From the human T2T-CHM13v2.0 reference genome, Homo sapiens, in NCBI RefSeq assembly GCF_009914755.1, contig NC_060935.1: a DNA stretch of 64,000 nt, one strand, 5' to 3'. Made by a program: the position numbers and the translations under genes. The notes beneath the pieces are model-generated. The model searched no databases and was not told where the DNA came from. It saw only the letters and a program-made list of their open reading frames with translations. Below are positions 1 through 14,561 of the stretch, one piece after another (position 1 is the stretch's first letter; each line of letters starts with the position of its first letter).

Positions 1-1462
1 TTGAGGTGTTAGCCATAAATTCTTCACCAAGGTTGATGTGCAGAATGATATTTCCTAGGTTGTCTTCTAGGATTTTTATAGTTTGAGGTCTTACATTTAA
101 ATCTTTGAGCCATCTTGAGTTAATTTTGCATATGGTAAAAGGTAGGGATCCTATTTCATTTTTCTGTATATAGCTGGCCAGCTTTCCCAGCACCATTTAT
201 TAAATAGGGGATACTTTCCCCATTGCTTATTTTTGTCAACTTTGTCAAAGATCAGATGGCTGTAAGTGTGAGGTTTTATTTCTGGGCTCTCCATTCTATT
301 CCATTGGTCTATGTGTCTGTTTTGTATTAGTACCATGCTGTTTAGGTTACTGTAGCCTTATAGTATAGTTTTAAATCAGGCAATATGATGCCTCCTGCTT
401 TGTTCTTTTTGCTTAGGATTCCTTTGGCTATTCAGGATTTCTTTGGGTTACATTATAAATTTTAGAATTTTTTTCCTAAATCTGTGAAAAATGACATTGG
501 TAGTTTGATAGGAGTAGTGTTGAGGCTGTAGACTACTTTGGGCATATAGCCATATTAAGGATACCAGTCCTTCCAATTCATGAGCATGGACTGTTTCCCT
601 TTTTATTTGTGTGATCTCTGATTTTCTTCAGCAGTGTTTCATAATTCTCCTTGAAGAGATCTTTCACTCCCTTGGTTAGAGGTCCTCCTAGATATTTTAT
701 TTTTTGGTGGCAATTGTGAACAGAATTGTGTTCTTGATTTGGCTCTCAACTTGTATGTTGTTGGTATGTAGAAACGTTATTGATTTTTGTACACTGATTT
801 TGTATCCTGAAACTACAGAAGTAGTTTATCAGTTCTAGCAGCCTTTTGGTGGAGTCTTTAGGGTTTTCTAGGCATAGAATCATATCATCAGCAAACAGAG
901 ATAGTTTGGCTTTTTCTTTTCCTATTTGGATGCCGGTTATTTCTTTCTTTTTCCTGATTGCTCTGGCTAGAACTTCTAGTACTATGTTAAATAGGAGAGG
1001 TGAGAGTGAGCATTCTTGTCTTGTTCCAGTTCTGAAAGGGAATGCTTCCAACTTTTTGCATTCAGAGTGATGTGGGCTGTGGGTTTGTCATACCTGGCTC
1101 TTATTATTTTGAGGTATGTTCTTTTGATGCCCAGTTTGTTGATGGTTTTATTGTGAAAAGATATTGGCTTTTATAGAAAGCTTTTCCCATGTCTATTGAG
1201 ATGATCATATGGCTTTTGTTTTTAATTCTCTTTATGTGGTGAATCACATTTATTGATTTGCGTATATTCAACCAACCTTGCATCCCAGGAAGAAAACCTA
1301 CTACATTGTGATGAATTAACTTTTTGATATGCTGCTGGATTCAATTTGCTAGTATTCTGTTGAGGATTTTTACATCTATGTTCATCAGGGATATTGGCCT
1401 GTGATTTTCTTTTTTCAGTGTCTTTGCTAGATTTTTGTTATCAGGGTGATGTTGGCTTCTTA
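1..1462 (-). mobile_element. LINE-1 ORF2 fragment (L1PB/old L1PA-like), runs off the window start
   Basis: Minus-strand ORFs 151..336 and 746..1051 translate to degenerate L1 ORF2 ([32 protein letters not shown]). Confidence 0.9.
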
Positions 1463-1969
1463 AATAATCTGTTTCCCTTTTCTGCTTTTCTTAGTTGGGA
1501 AATTACATATTATTTTAGTTTTTCTTTAGGTCTATTCTAGAGATTAAAAATTTATCCTCAACTTGTAGAAGTTTAGGGTTGACTAGTACTTTAGTTCCTC
1601 TGGGATTATCTTACAGTTCACTAATTCTCTTTAGTTATGTCTAATGTGCTATTAAAATCATTCACTGAGATCTCAATTTTAAATATTATATCTTTCATTT
1701 CTGGAATTTATAGTTAGTCCTGTTATACAGCTTTCAGTTCTGTCTTGAAATTTTCAAACTTATCATTTAAGTATTTTTTTTTCCAAGAAAGTAAGTATAT
1801 TTTCTGAACTCTTGTCTGAGTGGTATTCTTTTGCTTTTATTCAAGAATCTCATGCTCAATGAAATTTTTCATATGTAAAGCCAAAGTAAGTTAATCTGAT
1901 TTCCTTCTTTGTGTATTCTACTGGGATCATTCTTGATTAAAAACATATTCTAGAAAATAAAACAAGAGT

Positions 1970-2370
1970 GAAAATATACAATTTGAATATGGTATAGGAT
2001 ATTATGTGGATGTTTCTGAAATTGATGTTGGGAGTATAATTTGATAAAAAGCTTGTTGAAAGCAACTTGACATTATCTAAATGAAAAATGTTTACATCCT
2101 TTGAACTAGCATCCCACTTGTGAAAATATATCCTAGAAATCTATTTGTACTTGTGAATAAGGATTTTCAATGTGGTAATTCTTATAATAGTAAATACCTA
2201 GAAACACCCTAAATGTCTATATATTTAAGAGCTGTTAAATAAATAAGTTTACATGCATCCATCTGGAATACCACACATAACTAAAAAACTATTAGGCAAA
2301 TTCATACATGTTGCTTTGGAAGATCACCAAGATATATCCTTAAATGAAAACAATGAAAATGAAAATATAC
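1970..2370 (+). mobile_element. Old L1M(E)-like 3' fragment
   Basis: Degenerate L1 3' motifs (catcctttgaactagcatcccacttg, cctaaatgtcta, gttaaataaataag). Confidence 0.5.
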
Positions 2371-2402
2371 CAGGGAGCTGATAACTTTGGATAGCATGTT
2401 CA

Positions 2403-2403
2403 T

Positions 2404-2447
<44 letters not shown>

Positions 2448-2472
2448 AAAAGAAAGAGGGAAAGAGAGAGAG
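2403..2472. repeat. Compound (TG)n(AG)n microsatellite
   Basis: Direct reading; a second copy lies at 4157-4200. Confidence 0.95.
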
Positions 2473-2904
2473 ACAATAAATACATGCTTTTAAAGCTATT
2501 TGTGCATACTAATTCCAAGGATTTATAGGCACATAGAATATTTCATTTTCAGTAAGACAAAAAAATTCTTATACTGCAGGCTGTGACATTCTAAAACAAA
2601 GAGATATGAATAAAATGAACATCTACAATATTCACTAATACTGGAGCAAATTTCATTTATTTCCAACATTTGTTCCTGCCTAAAGAGATTTACTTGTGGC
2701 ACTATCCCTACCAGGGATAATGTGCCGCCATGAATCTCCCAGAGCACTCTCGATCATCTCCTGTTTTCATCCAAGTTATTTTCTAGATTTTGAATAATCT
2801 TCCAAATAGATGTAGAGAGAAAGGTGCTGATAGCAGGTAGGGGCAGGTAAAATGTTGGCTGTTTTAAAATCAGTATAGACTGATTATCTATTGTTTGAGG
2901 TTTA

Positions 2905-3097
2905 CAGCACAGGCTCTGGAGTCAGACTGTTTACTTTTAAATTATAACTCTGTCACTTGGCAAGTGTGATAATCAGACAGTTTCTTACTAATTTGTGCCT
3001 CAGTTTTCTTATCTACATAATGGGATAATGTAAGTACTCATTTCATAGTGTTGTTCAATAATTACATAAAATTTCACCTAAAATGTTTAGCAGAGTA
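2905..3097 (+). mobile_element. MIR SINE
   Basis: ggctctggagtcagactg ... gtgcctcagttttcttatctacataatgggataat MIR core. Confidence 0.7.
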
Positions 3098-3256
3098 TTT
3101 TAGTAGGAAGATGAGAAAGGCTGTGGCTATGACAGCAGCCAATGCTATTTCATTTGAAACTGATAACTTAGGAAGTTATTAATGTAATATATAGAAATAC
3201 TTAACATAGATTTCTTTAAATAGGAGAATACCCAGGGATTTAAAAATGAAGCTTGA

Positions 3257-3420
3257 TGGAGGTGGGGGGCTAGGGGAGGAATAGCATTAGGAGAAATACC
3301 TAATGTAGATGATGGGTTGATGGGTGCAGCAAACCACCATGGCACGTGTATACCTATGTAACAAACCTACACATTCTGCACCTGTATCCCAGAACTTAAA
3401 GTATAATAATAAAAAAAAAG
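3257..3420 (+). mobile_element. Severely 5'-truncated L1PA (PA7/8-like) 3' end
   Basis: L1 3'UTR (atagcattaggagaaatacctaatgtagatg...agaacttaaagtataataat), A tail, degenerate TSD ending agcttga at ~3256 and ~3450. Confidence 0.9.
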
Positions 3421-4156
3421 ATGAGAAAAATGGGAAAAAAAAGAGCTTGAGTTTTTATAGTGTTTCAGGAGGGACATGGAGAAAAGGAGTAGGCCACACT
3501 TATACCCTTGTTTTATGATTTATTTAGCCAAGGACACAGAACTTTGAAGAAGTAGCATGGCTGCACAGAACAGAAGCAGGTGGGAGTGGGGAAACTTCAT
3601 TCAACTTTCCACTGGCTTGTTTGCTTCCTAAAAAGACATCAGCTGCCGGTCACAGATTCTGAGTGGGGAGGTACTGGAACACCTTGTCATTCGACCCGAC
3701 TGGACAATTTATTAGTTTCATAGGTTTGAACCATTCTCTTAATTCTTCTGAGCCTCAGTTACCTAATCCATCAAACAGGAATACTAGTTACTCTAATAGA
3801 GTGTTACTTTGACTGTATGTGAGGTATTGGAAAAGTTGAAAGATATGATAATGCCCAACACAAATGTAATGTGCTGTTGCTTAGGAAACTATGTCTAGAA
3901 GTGGACATAGTCAACTTGAGCCTTTCTGAAGCCCCTACATGTGAAAACCACATGTTAAGAATTTGTGGTTAAATGCTTAGAACTTTAAGAACAAGCAGTT
4001 GGACGGCTCTTACGGTAGGTGTTAAGAGAGAATTGGTTTAGCAAGATACGAGTACAACTAATTTTTCCTCTTTGGCTGTTTTCTCATCTTTAAACTGGAT
4101 GAACTGGACAGGATGAATTTGAGGGGGCTAATCATGAGGGAGGAAGTAAAAGTTCA

Positions 4157-4167
4157 TGTGTGTGTGC

Positions 4168-4200
<33 letters not shown>
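4157..4200. repeat. (TG)n(AG)n microsatellite within a duplicated segment
   Basis: Direct reading. Confidence 0.95.
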
Positions 4201-4201
<1 letters not shown>

Positions 4202-6142
4202 ATGAATACATGCTTTTAAAGCTATTTGTTCATGATAATTCACTAGGTTTTATAGACACATACAACATTTCATTTTCAGTAAGGACAAAAAAATTATTAT
4301 TCTGCAGGCAGTGACATTCTAAACAAGGAGATATGAATAAAATGAACGTCTACAATATTCACTAATACAGGGGTAAATTACATGTCTAGCATGCTGTGAT
4401 TCAGGTGACATGTCCAAAGTTCATCTGTGAAGTGGTCCAGGTCCACTTAGTTAGAGTCTTCCTGGAATTCACCAACATCATTGGTCCAATGAGGCATGAG
4501 GGCAGAAGAAGTCACCAAGGGCCCCTTGAGTATGTCTGTGGTGGGGACAGGGGGTGATGGGATGTTAGATTCTCCTCTGTCACTTACTTGAGAATGGAGA
4601 GGGAAACCCACGGATGCCAGAATGTGAGGGGGTTAATCATGAGTGAGGAAGTAGAAGTCCCTGTTTTATAATTGGATTAATGAGAGATAGGTTCCCTAAC
4701 CTCTGAATGAAGCAGTTGGGAAATTGACTTTTGCTTTTCTCAGAAATTCCCTAGAGAGTGGGTGCTAGAAAAGTTCAGGGAATTCAATTCTCTGACCTCA
4801 ACTTTCCATTTCATACATCTTAAATGCTTTGGGCCTCTCAGTCCAGCAAACATTTCCCTCAACTCTCCTTTTAGTGAGTTTTAGGGCAGACTGACCCCGT
4901 TCTATTCCCCTGCAACTTTCTTAGCAAGAAAGTCATTAAGGGCTGGACTTGGCAAATGGAGGGGTGGCATCTTTCAGGTGGTGTATTTCAGACACATCGG
5001 TGCCTTCTGTTATTCCTCTTGCTTCCACATGTTTTCATACATGGTGAACCTTCTTAGATTTGCTCACTCTTTCAGCTGATGGGGCAGACCTTAGACATCA
5101 CCCCTTAAAGCCTCAGCTGTCTAGTTAAAGGACAGGGTGACAAAGTTACTTTATAGTTTAGCTTAGAGCAGATGTTACAGTCATTCTCACCAGAGCCACT
5201 GGTAACATGGCCAACATGGAATAGTTTGCAAAACTAAGTTTTCTGAATCAACAGCTGAATAATGTATTTTTCAGCAATATTCTTTTGATAAATTTGAAGG
5301 ACTTGGCTAAGATGTTCTCACATCTGTCCTCCTATGGGAGAAAAAAAAGTATTAACCTATCTGAGCCTGAATGGAGATTAGCCTACATAGAAATCTAAAA
5401 TTTGCTGGGAAGCAATCCTGAACCAAGATCTCCAAGTTTTAGACTAGTGAACACTAACACACTATTTAGATTTCTTTGATCTCTTTGTCTTTAGACTTTG
5501 TTAGTGAAATAAAACTTTCTTGGGATGACGTGGTGCAAGTGAATTAGTGTTCTGACTGCAAAAAAGAAAATATAGAAGATAAATTAAGAATCAAAACAAC
5601 AAACAATGTTCAAGGTAAGTTCATTCACCTAATCTTTAGTGGGGCATGCTTGGAATTAGTTTCAAAAAGAGGAGCTAATTTTTTTAGATTAGATATCCTC
5701 CCTGCATGTACTTTAACCTCTGTGCTGTTTATAGAACACCTCTAGTGTCTTAAAAATAGATGTAATAGCAGATGAAGGATTCAGGGATCACTCCAAAACC
5801 ACCTCTTAACGTCTACCATGTTCTCAGCTGTGTGCAACATGTTATAGAGGATGTAACAGACACTTAACCAGCCTTCAAAACTTATGTCTTCACTGAGAGA
5901 CCTGACAGATGTACATGAACTAGGTAGAGAATAATTGGTGACAAAGTCTTAGAGCTTAGATCTCAAGTCCCAAAGGCAAATCTTGCAAAGACTTCTTTCC
6001 CTGGCAGTGCAGTTTGGCTGGCTCCTGAAACATTGTCTCCTCTCCGGGGCCTCTAAGCTCTGCACAGGCTGCCTGGGAAGAAATTACACCTTGGGCAAGT
6101 AGATGACTGAAGTCAGATCATATTTTTCGTTTCTCCTAAAAG

Positions 6143-6637
6143 TTTTATTTTTATTTTTAAAAATTTAATTTAATTTAATTTTAAGTTTTGGGATACATGT
6201 ACAGGATGTGCAGGTTTATTACAAAGGTAAATATGTACCATTGTGGTTTGCTGCACCTATTAACACCTCAAAGACCTAGAACCAGAAATACCTTTTGACC
6301 CAGCAATCACATTACTGGGTATATACCCAAATGAATAGAAATCATTCTATTATAAAGATACATGCACACATATGTTCATTGCAGCACTATTCACAATAGC
6401 AAAGACATGGAATCAACCCAAATGCCCAATGCCCATCAATAATAGACTGGATAAAGAAAATGTGGTACATACACACCATGGAATACTATGCAGCCATGAA
6501 AAGGAATGAGATCATGTTCTTTGCAGGGATGTGGATGGAGCTGGAAGCCATTATCCTCAGCAAACTAACACAGGAACAGAAAAGCAAACACTACATGTTC
6601 TCACTTATAAGCAGGAGCTGAACAATGAGGATCACAT
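6143..6637 (-). mobile_element. 5'-inverted L1PA (twin-priming type): 3' end on - strand 6143-6264 joined to upstream part on + strand 6265-6637
   Basis: Poly-T plus reverse-complement L1 terminus abutting sense-strand ORF2-end/3'UTR sequence that lies just upstream in the L1 consensus. Confidence 0.8.
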
Positions 6638-6645
6638 TTTTGTAA

Positions 6646-8871
<2,226 letters not shown>

Positions 8872-10474
8872 AAAAGATTTTACTCTTCCACTTGGCTTGG
8901 CCTTTGTTGTAAACACAATTCTCTTCCCTGTCCCTGTTATTGCTGCATTCTGGAAGCTGGATTTGGGTGAGCACCAGGTGGAAGACTCAATGGATTTGAT
9001 GATCTATAAAGCAAGCATTGAATGGGAAGCTGAGACACCTAGTTCTAGTTCAGGCTCTGCACCAACCAGCTGTATGTGACTTTGGGCCCCAGATTCCTCT
9101 TCTGTGACATGAAGAATCCATGAGCCCCCTTACAAATTTGACAGCTTATGATTACTCTGTATAGGAAACTAGGAAGGAGAGAGGCCTCTGCATCTGACTT
9201 CTCTGTGATAGGATATCTTTGGAGAGAAGTATGTTCGAAAAGACCAGTCTGACCAATCTTATTTTTCAAAACCTCATAGTACATGAGGTTCTATGACAGG
9301 AAAAGTGAAATAAGAAACCACAAAGTAGGGACTGGTTTCATTTTAAATATTTAGAAATTTTCACAGAAGTTGTTTACTGAGGTTAGGCCTTCTTTGAGAT
9401 TCTGTGTGCATCCCCATTTTAGGTTTCCTTAACTGTGAACCCCGGAAATGTCCATTTAATGTGCTGTCTGATTAGAACACAGATTTATGTTTCAGGTTCT
9501 CTTCTTTTGGCCCTGCCAATTACAAAGTCAGTATTAAAGTATTTTAGACATCGCAGGCAAAATGTCACTAACACTGTCAGTGGTTTACACATCTATTGAC
9601 CTCTTTATGAAATTATCTCTCAAAGGTATTTCTTTTCCGTGCAGAGGCTTAATACATGTTAATTTCCTTTTAAAAATTCTACTCTAAATCCACTCAATTT
9701 TTAGCTTTTTGAGACAATTTGATGATTATATTGTAAATACATCTTGTTCTGTTAACCTTCAATACGCTTGGACTAAAAATACAACAATGAATCTTTTAAA
9801 ATCAGAAGACTAAAGTGGTCCTTACAAATCCTTTGAGGGGACCTCTCATTGACACTCCAAACCAGAAGTAATTATAGAACATTTGCTTTCAAGCTAAATT
9901 TCACAGAAAATACTCACCTAGTGATAGAGTCATTGTTCCCGTGAGGATGAAACCTCCCCATGTAAGATTCTTGCCTTCTGCATAAACATCCTGTGTGTGA
10001 AAGATTGGTATATGGCAGAAGGATCAGCTGGGTACACAGAGGAGCACGGTGGGGAGCTAAAGGGAGGGCACAACAATGAGGGGATGGCATTATGGCTGTT
10101 TTATAGATCAGGAAACTGAGGCTCAGAGAGGTTTCATCACTTGTCCCAGGCCACACAACTCTTCTTTGGACCAAGGTCTGTATTTTCGAGATGTAAATGC
10201 TTCTACCACATCACTCACTTCTGCAGAGTACCTTATAGTGGTTCATCATATCAATCTTGCCTTATACTATCACGTGGAATGAGTTTTCTACACCGAGTGC
10301 TAACATTTCTCAACCCCAACCTCAAATCTGTGAAGCTAACCAGGTTCCCTAATAGGCATAAGAAAGAAACTGAGAAGAGGAAAGGAAAATCACAAAGCCT
10401 CAACCACTGTTCTTGGAGGAAGGTATGGAGAAGGGGAAATTTATGAGGCAGTAACAAGTCAGAAGGCATTTCAA

Positions 10475-10800
10475 TAATTAGTTAGTTAAATTGGGGTAAA
10501 ATACACAACAGGATTTACCATCTTAACAATTTTTAAGTGTATAGCTGAGTAACATTAAAATACATTCACATAATTGTGCAGCCATCACCACCTTTCATCT
10601 CTAGAACACCTTTCATTGCCCCAAACTGAAACTACCATGAAACACTAACTCCATATTCTTCCTCCCCCTGCAGTCCCTGGCGGCCACCATTCTACTTTCT
10701 GTCTCTATGAATTTGACTATTCTAGGTACTCTAGGTGCTGTATAAGTGGACTTACACAGTATTTTTATTTCTGTGACTTAGTATGTCACTTAGCATATTC
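10475..10800 (-). mobile_element. L1MB-like 3' end
   Basis: ttaccatcttaacaatttttaagtgtata ... accattctactttctgtctctatgaatttgactattctagg. Confidence 0.8.
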
Positions 10801-10934
10801 AGTCCCATTTTATAATGTAGCTGACTGTTCTGAGGGCTTGTTGATGTGCTTAACCCTGGGACCCTTTAATCAGAACCCTGGGACATGACAAGTCTGCACA
10901 AGCAGATGTAGACATCAGGCACTCTTTAGGCATA

Positions 10935-11085
10935 GGAGATGTAGTGGAAGCATGTACATTTTGAGAAACACAGATCTGGGCTCAAATAAGAGCTGTGTGG
11001 CCTTGGGCAAGTGGCTGGACCTCTCTGAGTCTCAGTTTTTTTCTTATCTATAAAATGTCCTCTGATTTTTCTTGTGAGCATTCAA
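10935..11085 (+). mobile_element. MIR SINE
   Basis: gctgtgtggccttgggcaagtggctggacctctctgagtctcagttttt...ctataaaatg. Confidence 0.7.
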
Positions 11086-11283
11086 TCAGCATGTGCTAGA
11101 TCAGCAAAAACACTTCAAGGCAGCAACACTACAAAATCGAGGCTTATGTTGGGAATAACATCAAGCAGCTGATATTTGCTGTTTTGTTCACTTGTCTCAG
11201 AACATGTTTTGGGGAAAACCAAGGGAGAGAACAAACTCGAGAGGGAGCAGGATGATGATAGTCCTCAGGCCTGGGAAGGATGT

Positions 11284-11325
11284 TTCTAATGATTGAGGAG
11301 AGTTCTTTGATTTCTGTGATTCCAG
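11284..11325 (+). promoter_or_regulatory. Candidate branch point and splice acceptor of the OR4X1 coding exon
   Basis: ttctaat (11284-11290), pyrimidine-rich ttctttgatttctgtgattcCAG ending 11325, 25 nt before the ATG; OR genes typically have non-coding upstream exons. Confidence 0.55.
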
Positions 11326-11350
11326 GCTGTCAGCTCCTGTGCTTTAAAAT

Positions 11351-12265
11351 ATGGTTGCTACAAACAATGTGACTGAAATAATTTTCGTGGGATTTTCCCA
11401 GAATTGGAGTGAGCAGAGGGTCATTTCTGTGATGTTTCTCCTCATGTACACAGCTGTTGTGCTGGGCAATGGCCTCATTGTGGTGACCATCCTGGCCAGC
11501 AAAGTGCTCACCTCCCCCATGTATTTCTTTCTCAGCTACTTATCCTTTGTGGAGATCTGCTACTGTTCTGTCATGGCCCCCAAGCTTATCTTTGACTCCT
11601 TTATCAAGAGGAAAGTCATTTCTCTCAAGGGCTGCCTCACACAGATGTTTTCCCTCCATTTCTTTGGTGGCACTGAGGCCTTTCTCCTGATGGTGATGGC
11701 CTATGACCGCTATGTGGCCATCTGCAAGCCCTTGCACTACATGGCCATCATGAACCAGCGAATGTGTGGTCTCCTCGTGGGGATAGCATGGGGTGGGGGC
11801 CTGCTGCATTCTGTTGGGCAAACCTTCCTGATTTTCCAGCTCCTGTTCTGTGGCCCCAACATCATGGACCACTACTTCTGTGATGTCCACCCAGTGCTGG
11901 AGCTGGCCTGCGCAGACACCTTCATTAGCCTGCTGATCATCACCAATGGCGGCTCCATCTCCGTAGTCAGTTTCTTCGTGCTGATGGCTTCCTACCTGAT
12001 CATCCTGCACTTCCTGAGAAGCCACAACTTGGAGGGGCAGCACAAGGCCCTCTCCACCTGTGCCTCTCATGTCACAGTTGTCGACCTGTTCTTCATACCT
12101 TGCTCCTTGGTCTATATTAGGCCCTGTGTCACCCTCCCTGCAGACAAGATAGTTGCTGTATTTTAAACAGTGGTCACACCTCTCTTAAACCCTGTGATTT
12201 ACTCCTTCAGGAATGCTGAAGTGAAAAATGCCATGAGGAGATTTATTGGGGGAAAAGTAATTTGA
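11351..12265 (+). pseudogene. OR4X1: Olfactory receptor family 4, OR4X1, nonsense allele (ORF 11351-12166, 271 aa; original frame continues to TGA at 12263-12265)
   Basis: OR motifs [40 protein letters not shown]; TAA at 12164-12166 followed in frame by [32 protein letters not shown]; protein recognised as OR4X1. Confidence 0.93.
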
Positions 12266-12899
12266 GAAGAGAAGTAGATGATTTAGTTAGGGAAAATAGG
12301 AGGAGTAAGGGATGGGAAATTGGGGCATGTAAGATCTCACTCTGCATCTACCTTGCCCAATGGAGTGAGTGGCCTTGGGCCAGTCACCTTTTTTGAAGTT
12401 TCAGTTTCCTCATCTTATGGGATTGGACAAGATTAAAGGGAGCTCTAGGATGGAGTAAGAGGGGTCTTCTAGTGCTGTGCTTCCAAATCTGACAGTGGCT
12501 TTGAGATATATTGGTTGGTCTAAAGAGAATAAACTCTTCCAGAAAACCAGGTCAGTCTGGGAATGGTGAAGAGGGAGGTGAGGATTGAGAATGACTGTTT
12601 CAGGGAGCACTGGTCATTATGTCCTATCAGTTTGAACATTTGCATGATTGGAAAGTCTCTTGACTTGACATACTGAGGTTTTGCTGAGAGGGTTTTAAGC
12701 AGGCAAGCTGACTGAGAAGGGTTAGTCCTGAGAATGGAAGACGTTGACTCTTGTCAAGAGATTCACATGAGCTCATGCTGGCATTAGACTCAGGGTTCTC
12801 AAGAATCCAAAAGAACAACAGGGAAATTTTAAGCAAATTGAAGGCACTGCTGTCCCATATTTTAACCTTCTTCTTTGAGTCTTATTCCAGTAGCCACCA

Positions 12900-13460
12900 G
12901 ACTATAAGAATGTGCCCAGAACCCTAACCCTAATCCTGCCCCTCACTGCCATCAGATAAATTTTCTTCCACATGCTTTCAGACTCATCACCTTCAAGCAG
13001 TTCTCTGATTTCATCACTCTCCTCCTCAAAAATCTTCAATGACTCCCCATTGCCTTCTGAATCAACTATAAATTCCTACTTGATATGAAATACCCTCAAG
13101 TCATGACCTTCTCATAATGTTAGATTTTCATTTTTCAATTACACTATTAGAGCATACTGTTTTCTGAACATCTCCTTGTGCCCTCCACCTATAATATTTT
13201 CCTTATCTCTACCTATTAACATCCTACCTACCCTCCATGGCCCATCTGAAATTCTCCTATCTTTAGGAAGCCCCCATGTTTATCTTATCTGGGTATGTCA
13301 TTTTCTTTCTTTGAATTCTCACAGCACTCAGTGGGAATCCTTTAGGGCTGTTACTACCTTTATTTCAAAGTTTATTTCTCCCCAGTAGACTGTGACTCCT
13401 TTGAGAATGTGGCTTGAATTTTATTCATCTGTGTATCTCTAAATAGCAAAACAATAAATA
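12900..13460. mobile_element. Degenerate L2 LINE
   Basis: catcactctcctcctcaaaaatcttcaatgactccccattgcc; tagactgtgactcctttgagaatgtggc...ttcatctgtgtatc. Confidence 0.6.
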
Positions 13461-14229
13461 TTTGGTCAATTAAATTTCTGGATGTCATTAGCACTTCAGA
13501 TTGTAGGTGGACAATGGTTGTTATATCTCTCATTTCATGTAAATAATCTAAGTAATATATCAGTCACATCACTCAAGACAAACCAGTAATCCTTCCTGAT
13601 ATTGTTTCTGAGAATATCATTTATATATAAATAAGGAGCATATATGTATTTGTATTTTTTACAATGAACTAAGAGATTTAATGATTTATCTAACTTGATT
13701 CTAAAACACACTGGTGAAGTGGGTATGAGTACAGAAGAAGAGATTGGAGATTGGGGAGGCAGGTGTCTTGATCAAGGTCACCGGTTAGTAACCCATGAAG
13801 CCTGAATTCAAACCTAGCTGTGTCTGATTTCTCAGCCCATGCTCTTCTCTGCTTCTCTTTAAATGTCACCACACATAAGTATATGTAAGTCTCTGAATTT
13901 CAAATCTGAGGGCTGAGAATATCCTATTGTCAGGTAATTCCCTCTGGAATTACTTCAGATTAAATAAAAAGTGTTTTAAAAAATATAAACCTGAAATGCT
14001 TTTTGGGTGTTCACAGGTATTTCTGGGTCCACAGAGATCCAGTGGCCAGGATACTGGATCTGGAAGTAGAGGGAAGGAAAGCAGGGGCTGTGATGCTTCT
14101 GCAGGTGAGGCTCCTTGGTCCTCAGGAGGAAAAAACCTGGGCATTGACTGGGTTAGGGTGGGTCATATGTTGCTCAGGTAATTTTATGTTTCTACAGATT
14201 TTTTGGGTGAAGAGTGGCCTAAGGCCTGA

Positions 14230-14561
<332 letters not shown>

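Noticed and set aside
2703-2719. Palindrome TATCCCT-ACC-AGGGATA as an EBF site
   Set aside because: Spacing does not fit TCCCNNGGGA; 7-bp arms occur by chance
11540-12070. 176-aa antisense ORF (also 53849..54202)
   Set aside because: Antisense shadows of OR coding sequence with no independent features
12920-12936. Interstitial telomeric repeat
   Set aside because: Only about two CCCTAA units; chance level
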